This document shows, piece after piece, positions 58,792 through 64,000 of a stretch of 64,000 bases of DNA. The notes beneath the pieces were generated by a model that searched no databases, was not told where the DNA came from, and worked only from the letters and a program-made list of their open reading frames with translations. A program made the translations under genes and the position numbers. This DNA comes from Octopus vulgaris (lineage: Eukaryota). How positions within the stretch are numbered: position 1 is the stretch's first letter; each line of letters begins with the position of its first letter. The stretch is taken from assembly GCA_951406725.2 (NCBI GenBank), contig OX597821.1, positions 100,812,001-100,876,000 of the forward strand. Direction: 5' to 3'.

Positions 58792-59267
58792 AGCGCAGGC
58801 ATGGCTGTGTGTTTAAGAAGCTCGCTCCGCAAGTACGCGGTTTCAGGTTCAATCCCGCTATTCATCACCTTCGATAAGTATCTTCTACTATAGTCCCTAT
58901 GAATTTAGCAGATGAAAACTGTGTGGAAGCCCGTCGTCTGCAAACACACACACACACAAACACACATACACACAGACACACACACATGTGTGTGCGTGTG
59001 TGTGCATGTGCAGTTGTCTCTATGGTGTCTATGTTTGGTTCCGCCCCAGCCTGCTTGACAATGGCTGTTTGTTTACGTCACCGTAACATTTTATTTTGTT
59101 CAGCAACAGAGACCGATTGTATAAGTATCAGATCGAAAAAAAAGAAAGAAAGAAGAATTAGTCGTCTGTTCTACTAAAGTAAAAAAAGAAAGAAAGCAAA
59201 AAAACCTATTTTAGTTGATGCTCCAGCATAGGTGCAGTCCAATGACTGAAACAGGTAAAAGATAAAA

Positions 59268-59327
<60 letters not shown>

Positions 59328-59535
59328 TACATACATACATACATACATACATACATACATGTGTGTGTATGTGTTTGTGTGTGTGGCCCTGTGGTAAGTA
59401 GCTTGCTTACCAACCACATGGTTCCGAGTTCAGTTCCACTACGTGACACCTTGGGCAAGTGTCTTCTACTATAGCCTCGAGCCAACCAAAGCCTTGTGAG
59501 TGGATTTGGTAGATGGAAACTGAAAGAAGCCTGTC

Positions 59536-59635
<100 letters not shown>

Positions 59636-59768
59636 CTGTGTGGTAAGTAGTTTGCTTCCGGGTTCAGTCCCACTGCGTGGCACCTTGGGCAAGTATCTTC
59701 TACTATTGACTCGGGCCGACAAAACCTTGCGAGTGGATTTGGTAGACGGAAACTGAAAGAAGCCCGTC

Positions 59769-59846
<78 letters not shown>

Positions 59847-59917
59847 ATATATATATATGTATATATATATATGTATATTTATATATGTATATATATATGT
59901 ATATATATATATATGTA

Positions 59918-60250
59918 TCATGGCTCAGTGGTTAGAGCATCGAGCTTACGATCGTGAGGTTGTGAGCTCGAATCCCGGACCGGGCTGCGTGTTGTGTTCT
60001 TGAGCAAGGCACTTTATTTCACGTTGCTCCAGTTCACTCAGCTGTAGAAATGAGTTGCGACGTCACTGGTGCAAAGCTGTATCGACCTTTGTCTTTCCCT
60101 TGGATAACACTGGTGGTGTGGAGAGGGGGAGGCTGGTATGCATGGGCGACTGCTGGTCTCCCATAAACAACCTTGCCCGGACTTGTGTCTAGGAAGGTAA
60201 CTTTCTAGGTGCAATCCCATGGTCACTCATGACCGAAGGGAGTCTTTACC
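59918..60250 (+). mobile_element. tRNA-derived SINE family C
   Basis: A box TGGCTCAGTGG, B box GCTCGAATCCC, then GTTGTGTTCTTGAGCAAGGCACTTT core and CTTTACCTTT tail. Confidence 0.85.
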
Positions 60251-60277
60251 TTTTTTTATATATATATATATATATAC

Positions 60278-60423
<146 letters not shown>

Positions 60424-60536
60424 ATACGACGGGCTTCTTTCAGTTTCCGTCTACCAAATCCACTCGCAAGGTTTTGTCGGCCCGAGTCAATAGTAGCAGT
60501 GGGACTGAACCCGGAAGCAAACTACTTACCACACAG

Positions 60537-60599
<63 letters not shown>

Positions 60600-60816
60600 C
60601 GACAGGCTTCTTTCAGTTTCCATCTACCAAATCCACTCACAAGGCTTTGGTCGGCCCGAGGCTATAGTAGAAGATACTTGCCCAAGGTGTCACGTAGTGG
60701 AACTGAACTCGGAACCATGTGGTTGGTAAGCAAGCTACTTACCACAGGGCCACACACACAAACACATACACACACATGTATGTATGTATGTATGTATGTA
60801 TGTATGTATGTATGTA

Positions 60817-60856
<40 letters not shown>

Positions 60857-61339
60857 TTTTATCTTTTACCTGTTTCAGTCATTGGACTGCACCTATGCTG
60901 GAGCATCAACTAAAATAGGTTTTTTTTGCTTTCTTTCTTTTTTTACTTTAGTAGAACAGACGACTAATTCTTCTTTCTTTCTTTTTTTTCGATCTGATAC
61001 TTATACAATCGGTCTCTGTTGCTGAACAAAATAAAATGTTACGGTGACGTAAACAAACACCCATTGTCAAGCAGGCTGGGGCGGAACCAAACATAGACAC
61101 CACAGAGACAACTGCACATGCACACACACGCACACATGTGTGTGTGTCTGTGTGTATCTGTGTTTGTGTGTGTGTGTGTGTGTGTGTTTGCAGACGACGG
61201 GCTTCCACACAGTTTTCATCTGCTAAATTCATAGGGACTATAGTAGAAGATACTTATCGAAGGTGATGAATAGCGGGATTGAACCTGAAACCGCGTACTT
61301 GCGGAGCGAGCTTCTTAAACACACAGCCATGCCTGCGCT

Positions 61340-61445
<106 letters not shown>

Positions 61446-63284
61446 AAATTAAGGATAAAATCTTTATAAAAATTATCAGTAGTTAGCGTGAAAAACCTCG
61501 TAAGAGAATAAATCCGTAAATTTTTCCACTTTGAAAGTATTTATTTATATTATATAGAGGTACTATTATTCATAGATACCGCACGCTAGGAGGGACCCTT
61601 GCAGTCAAAACTACTAAAACAAACAAATTGTACCGAATGCAAAACTTCAAAGCAAATCATTTAAAAACAGAATTTAGTTACATATCACCTGTGATTTCGC
61701 AATTAATGCAATGCATTCTATGCTCATCAGTGCAAAAACTCAAGACATATAAGAAAAAACACAACATTACAAACCCGACAGCCAACCGTAGAATTCGTCG
61801 TAGCATGTACGAATGTTTATCTTTACATATCTATGAAAATGGCGGGCTTATTCGCAATGCATTTCGGTGACAAATTGATTACTCGGAACAAAAATTCAGT
61901 ATTGAACTATTCCGGTGAAAAATATAAATTTAAAATTAAGGATAAAATCTTTATAAGAAATTATCAGTAGTTAGCGTGAAAAACCTCGTAAGAGAAAAAA
62001 TCCGTATGTTTTTCCACTTTGAAAATATTTATTTATATTATATAGAGGGTACTATTATTCATAGATACCGCATATACATAGAGAGAGTGAGAGAGTTTTA
62101 TATATATATATATATATATATCTTATAGATAGATAGATAGATAGATACATACATACATACATACATACATACATACATACATACATACATACATACATAC
62201 ATGGAAAGTTCTGTGAGTGTGTTTGTGGAATTGTTAGCTAATGTGGAATTGTTAGCTAGTGGAATTGTTAGCACCGTTTAATCGATTTTCATGAAACTTG
62301 AGACGTGTGTAGAACTCATGTCTGGAAACCTCATGACTTAATCAAATTTTTAAAAGAAATAGATAATAGATCCCCTGGAAGGGATCCTTATATATGTAAT
62401 ATATTTTATTTTAAAAGCCAAAGGAAATAACCCATTCATTTTCCTAAATTATTTGGTATAAATCAAATTGAGTATGCTTATTTCTTAGTATTTGAACTGT
62501 TAGAGTTATTTTCGCAATTTATCCAATACAACTCTTAAACAAGTAAATAGTATTTTCCTAAACAATAGATCCACGTATTTCGGTTAATGACTTATTTACG
62601 AATATACCAACTCTAGCGCTCTTGAGGGTAATATTCTCTGGGAACGCACAAAAGCCCTTTCAGAGTTATATACTTTAAATTATTATTATCTCATATCTGA
62701 TTAGCCTGTTATTACGTAACATGCTTCACGATTTTAGTATACATACCTTATTAGTATTTCCTTCTATGTTCTATATGCTCTGGGAACGCATTAAAGCCCT
62801 TTTGGGGGCTGCTTTATTTGAATTCTTACTGTCGGATAACTAATTTCAAGTTATTACATAACTGACTTTACAATTTGGGTATTCATAACTTATTGGGAAT
62901 TCCTCAAAACAAAATCCTGTGTAAGACAGTTCAGTATTCTCTGTCAATGCACGAAAACTGTTTTAAGGGCTACATACTTTGTATTGTTGTTATTGGATTA
63001 GCGAAACAATTATGAGAACGGAACCAAGGGTTAAACCCCGCTTTCCCGGAAATTACCGAGTACGTCACCTAGTATATATATATATATATATATATATATT
63101 TCCATGATTTTGTTTTTATGTTTTCGTTTCTCATTGTGTTCAGCGTTTTTTTGGGGGAGGGGGGTCCTGTACCCATATATGCATGTATATATACATATAG
63201 ATGTAGGTATGTACATATATGTATGTATATATGCATATGTTTCATTTATTATTTTGTTATGATATATATATATTTACAATTGAG

Positions 63285-63572
63285 GATAAAATCTTTAAAA
63301 GAAATTATCAGTAGTTAGCGTGAAAGACCTCGTAAGAGAAAAAATCCGTAAATTTTTCCACTTTGAAAATATTTATTTATATTATATTGAGGGTACTACT
63401 ATTCGTAGATACCACACGCTAATTGCGAAATCACAGGTGATATCTAACTAAATTCTTTTTTTAAATGATTTGCTTTGAAGTTTTGCATTCGGTAAAATTT
63501 TTGTTTATTTTAGTAGTTTTGACCGCATTGGTCCCTCTTAGCGTGTGGTATCTACGAATAGTAGTACCCTCA

Positions 63573-63582
<10 letters not shown>
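63285..63582. mobile_element. diverged foldback copy of the non-SINE repeat found in the 55-62 kb arms
   Basis: ATTATCAGTAGTTAGCGTGAAA..GAGGGTACTACTATTCGTAGATACCACACGCTAA / TTAGCGTGTGGTATCTACGAATAGTAGTACCCTC, between TA repeats. Confidence 0.75.
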
Positions 63583-63662
<80 letters not shown>

Positions 63663-64000
63663 CATTATTATTATTCTTACTATTATTATTGCGTGAGAGA
63701 GCAGTGCATGCAATCAAAGTGACACTGGAGTACAAATATACGAAGCCCAGTATACCCATCATGACTACCCGTCTGATAAAGGTACACCAGGCACATGATT
63801 CACAACCATATATACACGATATGGTGATCTCATATCAAGATAAAAAGCGCATGACCTTGCAGATGGGGCCCAGTTAGAATTTTCTTCGGACCGCGTACCC
63901 CATCCTGCTTAATAGGTCCTGAATAAGGTTTTTCAAGGATGATGAACAAAACACTCGTGTTTCTTTACGGGCTAAACCGTTTTTCTGCAGGTATTTGATA

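Noticed and set aside
59918-59985. Functional tRNA gene
   Set aside because: A and B boxes are present, but there is no acceptor stem or poly-T terminator and it runs into a SINE body.

Overview
AT-rich, microsatellite-saturated eukaryotic DNA. The SINE families and (TA)n/(TG)n/(CATA)n load suggest a coleoid cephalopod such as Octopus (inference). Almost all ORFs in the track are microsatellite or SINE artefacts. The window holds three tRNA-derived SINE families, decayed RTE and R4/Dong LINEs, a mariner, hAT derivatives, a Helitron helicase remnant and several Penelope-like element (PLE) fragments. Many foldback palindromes (0.15-1.8 kb) and a complex tandem/inverted rearranged block at 51-62 kb are also present. 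One plausible host terminal coding exon lies on the minus strand (28860-29004). The most striking hidden signal is about a dozen minimal type I hammerhead ribozyme motifs in PLE-derived termini and hairpins. Together their cores show all four Watson-Crick versions of the 3:8 tertiary pair (CUGAUGA, GUGAACA, UUGACAA, AUGAUUA), plus a four-copy A6U family (CUGUNGA). A canonical CUGANGA search would miss most of them. All motifs were parsed by eye and activity is untested.
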